Assembly: GCF_021869535.1 (NCBI RefSeq)
Contig: NW_026262690.1
Location: 80,538,001 to 80,602,000 of the forward strand
Length of the DNA: 64,000 bases
DNA from: Mytilus californianus
Taxonomy: Eukaryota
Reading direction: 5' to 3'
The first letter of the stretch is position 1. Every line of letters begins with the position of its first letter. The notes beneath the pieces were generated by a model. The model had not been told where the DNA came from and did not search any database. It was given only the letters and a program-made list of their open reading frames with translations. Below are positions 1-11,439 of the stretch, piece by piece. The position numbers and the translations under genes are program-made.

Positions 1-927
1 TGAATGAAGTTTTACTTAATTAAACAAAAAATAAAATTCTTTGTTCTGTTTTCTTTCTTCAAACATGTTTGAAATGATGCATTTTGCACAGACACATATA
101 TTTTGTTGAATATAAGATAAGGAGATGTAGTATAACTGCCATTTAGACAACTATGAAACAGAGTCTAAAATGAAGTAGACTTAAGTACTTAATTATAGGT
201 CACCGACTGCCGTCAACAATAAGCATAAACCATACCATATAGTCAGTAATAAAAGGCCCCGACATGACAAAATGTGGAACAATTCAATCGGAAGAACCAA
301 CGGGATGATTTATGACAAAGCAAGGTATATCGCTTTGTATCTTTTAATTTTTTGTTATGTCGTTAGCTTGTTGTCTCATAGACACATACTCAACATCTCT
401 ATATTTTCATATGTCAATCAGACGCCGTGAACTGATGACCCCTTTGGCTTCTGTGTTGTAGCAATTAATGAATATACAGCTTAAGTCAGTGCTAGTGACA
501 TTACGGCGTGAGCTTAGGTTTAGTTCCTTTGATATTTTGATTTTGTCAAAGCTTTTTTTTTTTTTAAATTTCTGATTCATTTATATTTTTAAGTCATCAT
601 CCAAATGACACTGCATAGTTCTGACATTACAATCAAAAGTGACTTGTTGGTTGATGGGAGAACACACACACTGTATTCTAGATACCATATTAATTATTCT
701 GTCCTAGTTTTATTTAAAATTCGTCCAATGTTTTTAGAGGAGAAGGTATTTAGACAACGGACTACAATGAGGGTAATGGCAATAGCATGAACTCTTTACA
801 TTGATCAAATGTTCATGCATTATTGAGCTTTGTCAGCTTAAAAATTTCAAACATCAGCACCTTTTAAATATCAAACGTAAAATTCTACTAAATACGATGT
901 CATTAAAAAAGTCTGACCATTAGTTGT

Positions 928-1255
928 AAGAGAAAGGCAGAAGATACCAAATTAAGGTACATTCAAACTGATAAGTCGAAAAGAAACTGACAACGCCATG
1001 TCAAAAAACGATAACAACCAAAGAAAAACAGCTACAAACACGACATAAAAAACTAAACACTGAGCAACAGGAACGCACCCAAAACGGGGGTTGATCTCAG
1101 TTGATCCGGAAGGGAATGTAGATCCTGCCTTACATGTGGCACCTGATGTGTTGCTCATGTAAGTACACACACGGTAATAAGTCTATTTCAGTGATGTCAC
1201 ATACGTTGAAAAGAAGACGGGATTGTGATTGCGACAATTGGAAAACACTTTGAAT
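928..1255 (-). mobile_element. Non-autonomous repeat matching the 3' UTR of the Penelope-like RT family in this window
   Basis: Reverse complement resembles 40180-40447 and 59560-59845 (gtgccacatgt..ggatct..ccttcc..gagatcacccc..ggtatct..cctct), which follows RT remnants elsewhere. Confidence 0.6.
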
Positions 1256-1369
1256 TTTTTTGGTGAGAGGACATAAAACGTAGAGCGGAACGTGAATCTA
1301 AAGAAAAATGCTAGCATACCTGGGGTTAATTACATACAAAAGTAATTAATTACATTTCAATAACATTGA

Positions 1370-2339
1370 TTTTTGTCTCGCCTGTGACGAAAGTCGAAGA
1401 AATCGAGACATAGTGATTGCTTCTCCGGCGACGACGACGGCGTCAACAATTGGTAAGTTTTCTGCTTAAGTTAGTTTGATAGGAACTACTTGTGATAGAT
1501 CATTGATATTTAATATAAAGTTGCATTACTATCCGTACATATCAGTTTGACGACTATTTTGAGGCCTTGTCCCCTAGGTCATGGTTCAGCGACTTTGAAT
1601 TAATTAGCAATTTTCAATGTTAAGTTTTCTGCTTAAGTAAGTTTGATAGAAAATGCTTGTGATAGATCCTTGATAATTCGTATGAAGTCGAATACATATC
1701 AGTTTGATGACTACATTGATGTCTTCCCTCCTAGGACTTGGTCCAGTGACTTTGAAATAATTATCAATTTTCGATGTTAAGTTTTCTGCTAAAGTTAGAT
1801 TGATAGGATCTACTTTTGATAGATCAATGACATCCTGTATGAAGTAGCATTACTATCAGTTCATATTAGTTTGACGACTATTTGGAAGCCCTGCTCCCTA
1901 GGTTATGGTCCAGCCACTTTCAATTAATAAGCAATTTTTAATGTTAAGTTTTCTTCTTAAGTCAGTTTGATAAGAACTACTTGTGATAGATGAATGATAT
2001 TTTATGTAAAGTTGCATTACTATCAGTACATATCAGTTTGACAACTGTTTTGAGGCCCTACCCCTAGGACATGGTTTAGTGATTTTTAATCAATAAGGGA
2101 TTTTCAATGTAAAGTTTTCTGCTAAAATTAGATGGATAGATACTACTTACAATAGACAACGATATTTTCTATAAAGCTTCATTACTGTCTGTAAATCTCA
2201 GTTTGTCGACAATTTTCAGGCCCTGGCAACTAGATCATGGTCCAGCGACTTTGAATAATTAAGAAATGTTGCTGTCCATCAGATTGTCTTATTCTGAATT
2301 TTATGCGGACAGGTGAGACATATCTCTGTGTCAACAGTT
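1370..2339 (+). mobile_element. HINE-like (Helentron-associated) non-autonomous element with about 5 internal 158-167 bp tandem repeats
   Basis: 5' TTTTTGTCTCGCCTG and 3' CAGGTGAGACA subterminal inverted repeat; short GAC/GGC microsatellite near 1430; repeat units starting aagttttctgc near 1455, 1622, 1780, 1947, 2112. Confidence 0.75.
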
Positions 2340-3287
2340 AAATAAACTAATTACATTACAATTAAATTGTCAATATAATTAGTTATATTACAATTACGTT
2401 GTTAATGTAATCAATTACATTACAATTACATTGTCAATGTAATTAATTACATTTCAATTTCATTTGTGCTAAATACTTTATCATAAAAATATATGAACCA
2501 GCTAGTTTGAGTTTTTTTTTTTACATGCACTGTTTTGCATTGAAAATTTATGAAATTTTATATTTCATTTCAACATTTAATAAATAATAGAGATATGTTT
2601 CAAAGGCATTTGTAATTTGAGAGTGCCCAAACAAGATTGTGTTGTATTTCATGCCGTTCTTTAAATCTAGTGTGTTTTTCTTCTGCAATTAAATCAATTC
2701 CAATTCATGTTTTGGTTTTTGTTTTTATCTTACCTATGTTTTCTCTGAAAATCGTATGTTTTTTTCAAAATTTGAATAAAATAAGTATTTTACTTCGGTG
2801 GGATCTATTCAATAGGTTACCTTATTGGTAACATATTGCATACTAATTTAAGACACAGATGTAGTCCCTTAAAAGCTGATTTATAGAGAGTAACTCAAGT
2901 TATGCTTGTGGGTGTCCATTAGACGATTCGATTATCTTTTTCGTAAAATGTCCACTCCATATAAATTCTAGGAATTAGCTTTTTGAAAATATCCAATACT
3001 TAGTCACCATTTCCATAGACATTTTTTGATTTCGAACAGACGAAATAAGTGTTGAACAAAACACAACTCTTTTCCGAAATATACATACATGTAGTTATAT
3101 ACGCCATGCAAAACGATTCTTTGATATATATTGCTGTATCTTAAAATGTACTCGTATCCAACTGTTATTGTTTGAAGATAATATATTGATTGTATATATT
3201 TTTCATATTGTACTTATTATATAATTGCTGTCATCTTGAATTATTGTATATTGTTATTATTTGAAGAGGATTATGTTAAGTTGTTAT

Positions 3288-3670
3288 AAAAAATGAAAAC
3301 AACACGTTATAAATTGCATTTCTGGATTTACCTTCATCAGGAACGCTCAAAGCCGAATATTTGAAAGCCAATGATGTATAAGAACCGAAACAGTTGAAGA
3401 GCTATATGACCAAAAAGGACATACAAAAATGGCCAAATCTATCAAAGGTCAACTTGCCTTAGGGAGTTGAAACCTTAGTTTCTTTATGATTTCAATATTT
3501 ATAAACGGACAATTTTGGTAGGTTTCTTATAAATTATATAAGTACCGAAGTACTGACTACCGAGCTGATGATACCCTCAGGGACTGAAAGTCCAACAGGA
3601 GAGGTATCTTCCCAGTGCTGTTAAAAATGAAAACAACAGCTTATTAATTTCATGCGTCCGAAGCGCTTTT
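3288..3670 (-). mobile_element. Retrozyme-like monomer of about 334 bp with terminal direct repeats and a split hammerhead-like motif
   Basis: aaaaatgaaaacaac..ttat.aatt.cat at 3288-3319 and 3623-3653; minus strand reads GCGTTC CTGATGA AGGTAAATCC AGAAA at 3319-3346 and AAAAGCGCTTCGGACGC at 3654-3670. Confidence 0.55.
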
Positions 3671-3877
3671 CCATAACTGGTAGCCAATCCTATTATTTAT
3701 TTAGGCAATAAAACATGTTCAAATTAAACTAAAGGTTACCTAACAGTTTGCACCAATCAAAATGTATGTCACTATGTATATTCATTAATAAGTTTGCAAG
3801 GAACAACTATATATTGCCTTTGACATAAAATCAAAGGGACTGTTGTACTTCATAATTTTTCAAAAATGCAGTATGTC

Positions 3878-4645
3878 ATTTGCGCCACAGAGTTGTATTT
3901 CATTTGCGCCAAATATTAATACAAATTCGCAGGTACAATTATAAGATAAGCGTTTTAATATAAGTTGTACCCTGAATACGAGGCTCATAAACTGAATATG
4001 TAATCCCTCCTCATTGGGAAAGTAAGTGAGTGCATACTTATACAAAACTGAGAGTAACTTAATTAAAGGTAGGGAATTGTATACTAGTATTATTCACATG
4101 TTCGAGGTGACAAAATGGACATTCATTCGGAGGATGAGATACGACTGTAATTTTTAAGTCCTCACATTTAGGATATCTAGTGTATTGAAAAAAAGTATAG
4201 ATGTACTCCAACAAGTTGAAAAGCAAGAATCACAACAGATGTGGACAACAAAACCATTGATTGATACAGTCAACCACGGTTTAGACCAGCAAAAAGTACA
4301 ATCTCAGCGTTTAAAAAACCAATCAGTGGTTAATGTTTTCATTTTGGTTAATTGATGGATGTGAATTATAATGAATATTATTCGTTCTCACCCCATATGG
4401 AATTTACTGACCCCATATATTTCGTATTAGGTAACTAGCACAAGTGTAACGAATTTATCTTACGTACTTTCTTAACATATGGCATTTAGATAAGTAGCCT
4501 ATCAAAGTGATCAAGTCATACTACTTATTATTGGCGCAAATGAAATGTATTTTTTGTTTGAGTGCAAATGAAATATGGTTTGAGGCGCAAATGAAAGATT
4601 TTTTGGCGCAAATGAAATGTCAATTGGCGCAAAAACAAAGCACCG
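3878..4645. mobile_element. MITE/foldback-like element with inverted subterminal GCGCAAATGAAA repeats
   Basis: Two tcatttgcgcca copies at 3875-3912 and five (g)gcgcaaatgaaa-like copies at 4533-4635 in opposite orientation. Confidence 0.5.
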
Positions 4646-5145
4646 TACTTCATTAGTTAGCGAGGTGAAACGAAAGAATGTACACAGAGTCTATGATTAT
4701 AGTTTATGGAATAACACATTTAAAAATTCAATGTCAATAAATTGGTATTATTTTAATCTTTTGATTTCTTTCAAATGTGTAGAAATTAGTTAAGAAAAAT
4801 TCAAAAGTACACGTACCACGTACATACTATTTAGTTCTTTTAATCACATGAAATTTAAAATATGCACATTACATTAAATTATTTTCAAATTTGTAAATAA
4901 TTACATGTAGTTGTTTACAAATTTGGAAATTAAATTACATAAGGCCTGACTGCTTGCTTCTTTTCGTTCTTCATAAGAAGCTTCTGTATGAAGAGTGCTT
5001 CATTTGAATAAAGGAACAAGTCGGCAAGAAGATGAGTACAGTTGGTTTTCATGGAATGTTTGTTAAAAAAACACGTCCCCACACGTAAATCACATGTTGT
5101 CAATCAAGAAATCAAACATCTTGATAATGTCAGTTTCAGATAATT

Positions 5146-5635
5146 AACTGGATTTCCAAAGGAAAATATCGGTTATTATTTTGTTGATATACGGCGGGCG
5201 GGCAGTTTAATTGGCGGCTGCCAAACAGCGTCCGTGTAATAACTCGAAAACGATTTAACGAAATCTTTTCAAATTTAGATATTTTGTTTTCTGTGACTAA
5301 ATGAAGGTCGGGTTCTATATTCACGATTTTAGCTTTTATCGCTGTTGAGTTGTGGACCTTTAAGTAGCGAAAAGTGATACTTAGAGCGTTGTCAGTGTAA
5401 TAACTTGAAAACGCTTTAACGAAATCTTTTCAAATCTAGATATGTTGTTTCCTGTGGCTAAATGAAGGTCAAGTTCGATTTTCATGATTTTAACTTTTAT
5501 CGTTGTTGAGTTGTAGACCTTTAATTAGCGAAAAGTGATACTTAGATTGATTTTGGACTTTCCATTTCTGAACACTACAAAAATTATTTATTTATTTTAC
5601 TTAATCCTGTTTGGGAGTCCAGATTTGCAACTATA
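5146..5635 (+). mobile_element. HINE-like element with two tandem units of about 160 bp
   Basis: CTGGATTTCC at 5148 and GGGAGTCCAG at 5613 form an imperfect inverted repeat; cggcgggcgggc microsatellite; near-identical units 5231-5388 and 5391-5548. Confidence 0.65.
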
Positions 5636-5924
5636 ATTTTAATGCAGGAATCTTACAGCCTCTTGTTTGTGAATATAATAAGTCACTATATGGTCTTAAA
5701 AATTAACAAAACCCATTCCATATAGTAATCTTCGAAGGCCCCGACATGACCAAATATTAAACAATTCAAACGAGAAAACGATCAGAATGATTTATGTTTA
5801 ACAATAAACTTAAGACAAAACTTGCAGACTCAACCAAGGCAGCCAAACACAACCACTGAATTACAGGCGCCTTATTTGGGACATAAAGAGTTTAGCAGGG
5901 TTAAATGTGAATTTTTTACACATA

Positions 5925-6560
5925 TATATTTATGTACACGTATAAAAATTGCGTTTTTTTTTATCCAACGCAATCATAGGTTTGAACGTTGTTTTCAGTT
6001 TAGACTTGTTTATATTTTTTCGTTTGGGCTTGTATTATATTTACCTTCGGGTTTTAATGATCCGTTCATCCTATTTCGACTTTTCAAAATTAAAGAGTCT
6101 ATCCTCAATTGAGGTAAATTATATGGCCTTCCAAATACCGTTTCGATTCCTAACATCACTGAAGAGACATTAATTGTCGAAATCCGGATATGATGTACAC
6201 ATTTTTGCACCTCATGTTTGCGGTATACCATCTTTTCCGTAAGTTTATTGTTTTCTCTTTAGTATACTATTAAAAATAAAGATTCATTTTGTTACATCTA
6301 GTGATCCGTTTATTTTTGCAATCGCCATGGCAGTCAGCAGGGTTTAAGAACATCCGTTGTTCAAACTGTTAGTCAAATGCGTTTTGTTAAAATATACTTT
6401 TTCACTTTTTGGGTCTTTTGGAGAATGTTGTTTGTGCTGTATTTAGACCCCTCTACCAAGAAATTTGTTTTGCATGCACACGTATAAAAATTGCGGTTTT
6501 CATCCAACGCAATCATAGGTTTGAACGTTGTTTTCAATTTAGACTTCTTTGTATATATAT
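5925..6560 (+). mobile_element. Insertion of about 630 bp bounded by 70 bp direct repeats and containing a hammerhead ribozyme
   Basis: Direct repeats 5936-6007 and 6478-6546; segment absent from the paralogous block at 41690-41745; flanked by (TA)n. Confidence 0.6.
6153..6196 (+). ncRNA. Minimal type I hammerhead ribozyme, apparently intact
   Basis: Stem I ACATCA/TGATGT, core CTGAAGA, stem II GAC-ATTAATT-GTC, GAAA, palindromic stem III TCCGGA, cleavage triplet ATA. Confidence 0.75.
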
Positions 6561-8949
6561 ATACCTTTTTTATTTCACTAATTCAGATTAAAGTGGGCTT
6601 AAGTACTAAAAAAAAAACAAAAAAAAAAAAAAACTCCGACACATGTAAATGTATCTGTCACGCTGTCAATAACCTTGTACGGGGTTTTGTTATTCATATA
6701 TTCATATAAATGTTTTTGTCTTTTCGGATGTTTTGTTGTTTGATAGCCTCAATTTCATTTACAACTATTCAATACTCGCGTTGATTTGGAACTTGACATG
6801 TTGAATAAAATACTTCTTATTTGTTAAGACTGTATGTTGACCTCTAAATGTGGATTCACATATCTCCTTAAATTCGTAGATAGAAACTAGACTCCAAGGA
6901 GTCTGTATCCATTGCTTGTCATCTGTCCATAATATTGACTTATTTTCTGGTAACATGTTGAAAAGAGTAATAATTTGTAGCCATACATGCCTTTGAAAAT
7001 GCAGAATATCATCTTTGAAAACTTCATTCAAATAGTTGGTTTCTCATAACCAGCATAATCTACTTGTAAAAATTCAAAAAAAGATACCAGGCTTATAATT
7101 TGGTCCGCCAGACGCGCGTTTCGAGTAAAACCAGACCCATCGTTTGCGGTCGAATAAAGACGGTTAATCAGAAGCTGGGAGAAAATTAAACCAAAAAAAA
7201 AAATATTGAAAAATTGCCAGATCTAACAAATTAGTCCGTTTGAACATTTTGGACCATAGTTTGGAATTCCACGGATATGATGAAAATGGTTTAAAAAGGA
7301 ACTATGTGCCAGGTCATCCATGCTACTTAGTTTGCGACTTGATATAAATTAATCGAAAATCGTTTGTAGATGGTCTTTCAATCAAAATATTTTTAAAACA
7401 TCGAAACTTTTGGCCTTGTAGTTTTAGAGGATGTTATTAAAAATTGGCCAACATAATAAAAGATTGTGCCGGGCGGCTTTGTTTTTTATTTGATTTGAAC
7501 CATATGAAATCATTGATAGAAGACTTCCTATACTTCATTCAATCAAAGTTTTGTTAAAAACGTAAGATTTAAGATTTGTTTCAATAATATTTTCCTTTAA
7601 AATTGTTAAAATTACATATTAAACTTATTTAAGAGTAAGCTTATTAGAAATTGTACCAAAATACAAATTTCAACTAACAAAGGTTTCTATAAATGAGTTT
7701 ATATGAACAGGCCTGTATGAAATTGAAGAATCAAATTTGAATGCATTACAATTTCTCCTGATTTGATCAGAAACATTAATTAAAGGTCAAAGGAAAGAAT
7801 TCAAACACTGCAGTAAAGCCTATAACTACATGTAAATAAACACTTGAATTCATTGTGCATTGTGCAACAACTGACCCCATCCCTTAATCATGAAACTAAA
7901 AGTGTGTATACAAATTGTTTTAAATTATTTTCAAAATCAAATAAGACAGTAAGGGGTATTCCATAATCTCTATCTCCAGGACAATCGAGATTGAAACTTG
8001 AATTTTTGATATGTTTACATGATTACCGTTTTGAAGCTGCATTAAATATTTTGCCCTTCACATAGTAAAGCTCATCATGAAACAGTCATCCCTACAATTC
8101 CTTTAAAAAAGTTATCATTATGCAATATTTTAGTAAGGGGTATCTTTTCTGACTTTTTCTGGAATAATTATTTTCCTTTTATGGATGCATCTTGGTCAAA
8201 TCTAGCCATAGATATCATATATATTAATTGTTATCTCTTGAATGGGGACTTGAAAAATCTATTCATCAGCTTTTAAGCGTCTTCCATCTTGAGATGCTAG
8301 TAATTGCATTATATTTATCTGTTCCTCCCGTAGTAGTAAAATTTGTTAGCTAATTATTTTACTTTATTTTTCCTGAACTTTCCTTGTAATTTATTTCAAG
8401 TATGAGTGTGTGTGTGTACATTAATATATATCTTAGTTTGATTGTATGGACTTTTGTTGTATATACGAACAAAATAACTTGAAAATTCATTGAATATGTT
8501 CTACTTTTTAAATTTATGACGTCACTGGACTTTCACGTGCACTCAAAATGCTATCAGCGAATCGTTGGTTTACTGGAAAAGGGTGGTTGAAGGATATATC
8601 GGGAAATGACAAAGTTTAATGAAATAAAAACTCAAAATCAAAGATTTATTAAAGTTCTGTGGAATAAGATTGTAATACGGTACAATAAAATATATTTCTG
8701 TTCTTTTGACAGTTTTACGGCTACTTTTGTTTGCTGTGTACGAAGCATGCTTGATTGCGCATTGGTTTTCAGTTGTGAAACAAAGTTTCCGCAACGACAC
8801 TGCCTGGTTGCAATGAATCTTTGAATAAACCTCTCTGAATGTCTGTCTTGATATATACAAACTTGACGTTAAAAGTAACAACTGTTGTACTCCTAATAGA
8901 ATGTTATTTTTAAAGCTATACTATGGATTACTCTCCCGCGTTAATGGGA

Positions 8950-10255
8950 TAAACTAACATTCTCAGACTTTCAGCAGACAAAGCCTCAAACAATATTGTA
9001 TTCATTTGCAAAATTATTATTTAGAATGGCCCTCTAAAGAACTTGGCATTCACAGCAAAATCACGAATCACACATATACCCTACATTATTCACGAAAGAG
9101 TCGATTTTATAAAATCATTAATCAGTCCTTCTCTCCTTTAGAATTAACATAAAAAAGGACGAATCGATAAAAATCTCCCATCTTTACACTTGATACTTAA
9201 ACGTCAACATGGTCGTCAAAATGTTCGACTTAACATCTTTTTTAAAGTTCTGAACACCATACTTCTACAGTAAAAGAAATATTGTGATGAGTTATATTCA
9301 ACCAGCGGTGTCAATCAGATGTTGATTCTTAAAAAAATCACAATGTTTACAATTGTGCAGTCATATCAAAACCTTTGAGTTTTGTACACTTTATACTTCT
9401 ATTCCCCATGCAAGATTGAAAGATCGACTCATAAAAAAGAGTATGAAACAGAATTCATACAGAACCTTCTCAATTATATAAAGAAAAAGCATCTTGTTAA
9501 GTTCTTTAATTTCACTCTCAGATATATTGATGATTACTTGTCACTCGATTACCCACATTTAATGCGAACTTAAAGTTCAGGTGTCCTAGTAAACCCTTGT
9601 ATTAAGGATACTACCAAAAGTAGAAAATCTACTCCAGATCCTGATATTTTCCTTGATATTGACACAGATGGACGACTTCAAACTAGAATCTATGAAAAAC
9701 GTGATGATTTCAACTTTTTTATTGTCAACTTCCCATTTCTTAGCAGTAACATATCATCTGCTCCGTTGTATGACGTTAACATATCTCAGTTAATACGCTA
9801 CGCTCGTGCATGTTCACATAAAGCGGAATTGGTTAACAGGTGCGTGCTTCTTACACTAAAACTGCTCAAAAAGAGTTATGAGGAAGAACGACTAAAATCG
9901 GCACTACATTAGTTGTACGATCACCATCCCGAATTATTTGATAGATACGATGCGTCTGTGTCTCAACTCACTAACGACAACTTTTCGCGGTCTTATATAT
10001 TGAGAAACTAGCATAGTCGTCTATTCTGTAATTTTACCGTTTGTGTCTTATTCCCGATTGTGACATGTTGACTGAGTGGGTATTTGCATGCCGGATGATG
10101 CATGCATAACAGAAGATGCTTACCCTGTCGACGAACCCGGGCTCGCTTCTTTTGGAGTTCGTGCGATTATATCGGTTTTTGTGTGTTTCCTTGATTTGTC
10201 TCTTCTTGATCGATTTACGAGATTTGAACATCGGTTAAATACTGTCGCCTTAATT
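8950..10255 (+). mobile_element. Degraded Penelope-like retroelement RT with 3' UTR
   Basis: Translations ADKASNNIVFICK (about 8975), KNLPSL, FNFTLRYIDDYLSL (about 9510), RIYEKRDDFNFFIVNFPFLSSNI, SQLIRYARAC; stops and internal deletion. Confidence 0.8.
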
Positions 10256-10539
10256 TAGGTCTAAATTGTCGTTCAAACACGGATGATTTTTCCAAAATAA
10301 AAAGTGAAATATAAGTGTCTACTATATATATACCAATAGAGAATTTAAAAACCTTATCAGAAATAATTGTAGCCACTCAAAACTGGCACTTAAAAATCTA
10401 TATTCCCTCATATCTGAATCATGGCAAAATATCTGACAATGAAATGGGTCGGGTAGTCCCAGCATTGGTAATTTTAGGTGTAACAGTTATTTTCATAAAT
10501 CTGCACAAAGAAATAACCCTTATGGAAAGAAAATATATC

Positions 10540-10792
10540 AAACACTTACCTGAAATAAGCAAATTCGATTATCTCCCCTTTAACATGTAGGATCTAAATC
10601 ATTTACCTTTATATAAATCCTAAGGTATTATTCTATAGCTTTTCAATATGCGTCTAGTCGTTTAGGAAGAGTATTACTGACAAGACACATGAAAAGGCTG
10701 ACAAACAGACACACAGGCGGATAGATTGACGGACTGGCGAACAGAATAATTCAATAAACCCCCTTTGAAACTCTGTTTGCAGGGATATAATG
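10540..10792 (-). mobile_element. HINE-like 5' fragment
   Basis: Minus strand starts ttatatccctgcaaac..agggggtt followed by gtccgtc/ctgt microsatellite-like sequence. Confidence 0.4.
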
Positions 10793-11089
10793 AAAAATGT
10801 TTTATAAATGTATTGTTGAAGAGTTTCAGTTACAAATACTTCTGTGTATCTCCGTCAGAAATAGAAATAGGATACGACATAATAATAAAAAAAAATCCAG
10901 TCAAAAAAATTGTTGCCACTTGTTACGTCAGTAAAGATTTTCACATCATCTTAAATTACCAATACTGTTCTTTGAACATATATAAAACAAACTTCTGAAA
11001 GTTATGTACTATTTCTACATTATTCAGATAAGTATACATGTAAAATTTTACAGGCACAATATTATAAAAGTCGTTTCTTGTATCGAACA

Positions 11090-11439
11090 TTATCCTGATT
11101 CTAAAGAGGACAAATAATTTGCTAAACTCAGATTTTGTTCTTCTAATTCAACTATTCTTTTTCTCAGATATTTAATTTCGGCTTCAGTTCTCGTTCCATA
11201 CTCATGTATTTGACTTTGAAGTGTTTCTATTTCATCCTTTCTCTTTTCTTCCTTGTGCTGTTCTCTTTTTAAAGACCTGTTGTATTCATATAGCAGAAAT
11301 GATGCAGAGATTGCATAAGCTAATGTTTCTCCAAGTAATTTTGTACCTACGGCAAAGGCTTCATCTTCTGATAATGATTTTTCTCGTTCACCAACACCAA
11401 GTAATTTACTTTGTACTATGCAATCCATTGAATGATACC
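11090..11439 (-). CDS. OPA3: OPA3-like protein A, exon 2 of 2 (spliced product 159 aa)
   Basis: Acceptor ttttcAG at 11441-11440; A|GG completes Arg, then YHSMD..LSEDEAFAVGTKLLGETLAYAISASFLLYEYNRSLKREQHKEEKRK, matching the OPA3 core plus coiled-coil tail; stop at 11090. Confidence 0.9.

Noticed and set aside
1450-2260. Regular repeats that could be mistaken for a CRISPR array
   Set aside because: Whole units are homologous with no unique spacers; eukaryotic context and no cas genes.
7720-8420. Possible decayed coding sequence on the minus strand
   Set aside because: Short frames broken by stops, no recognisable family.
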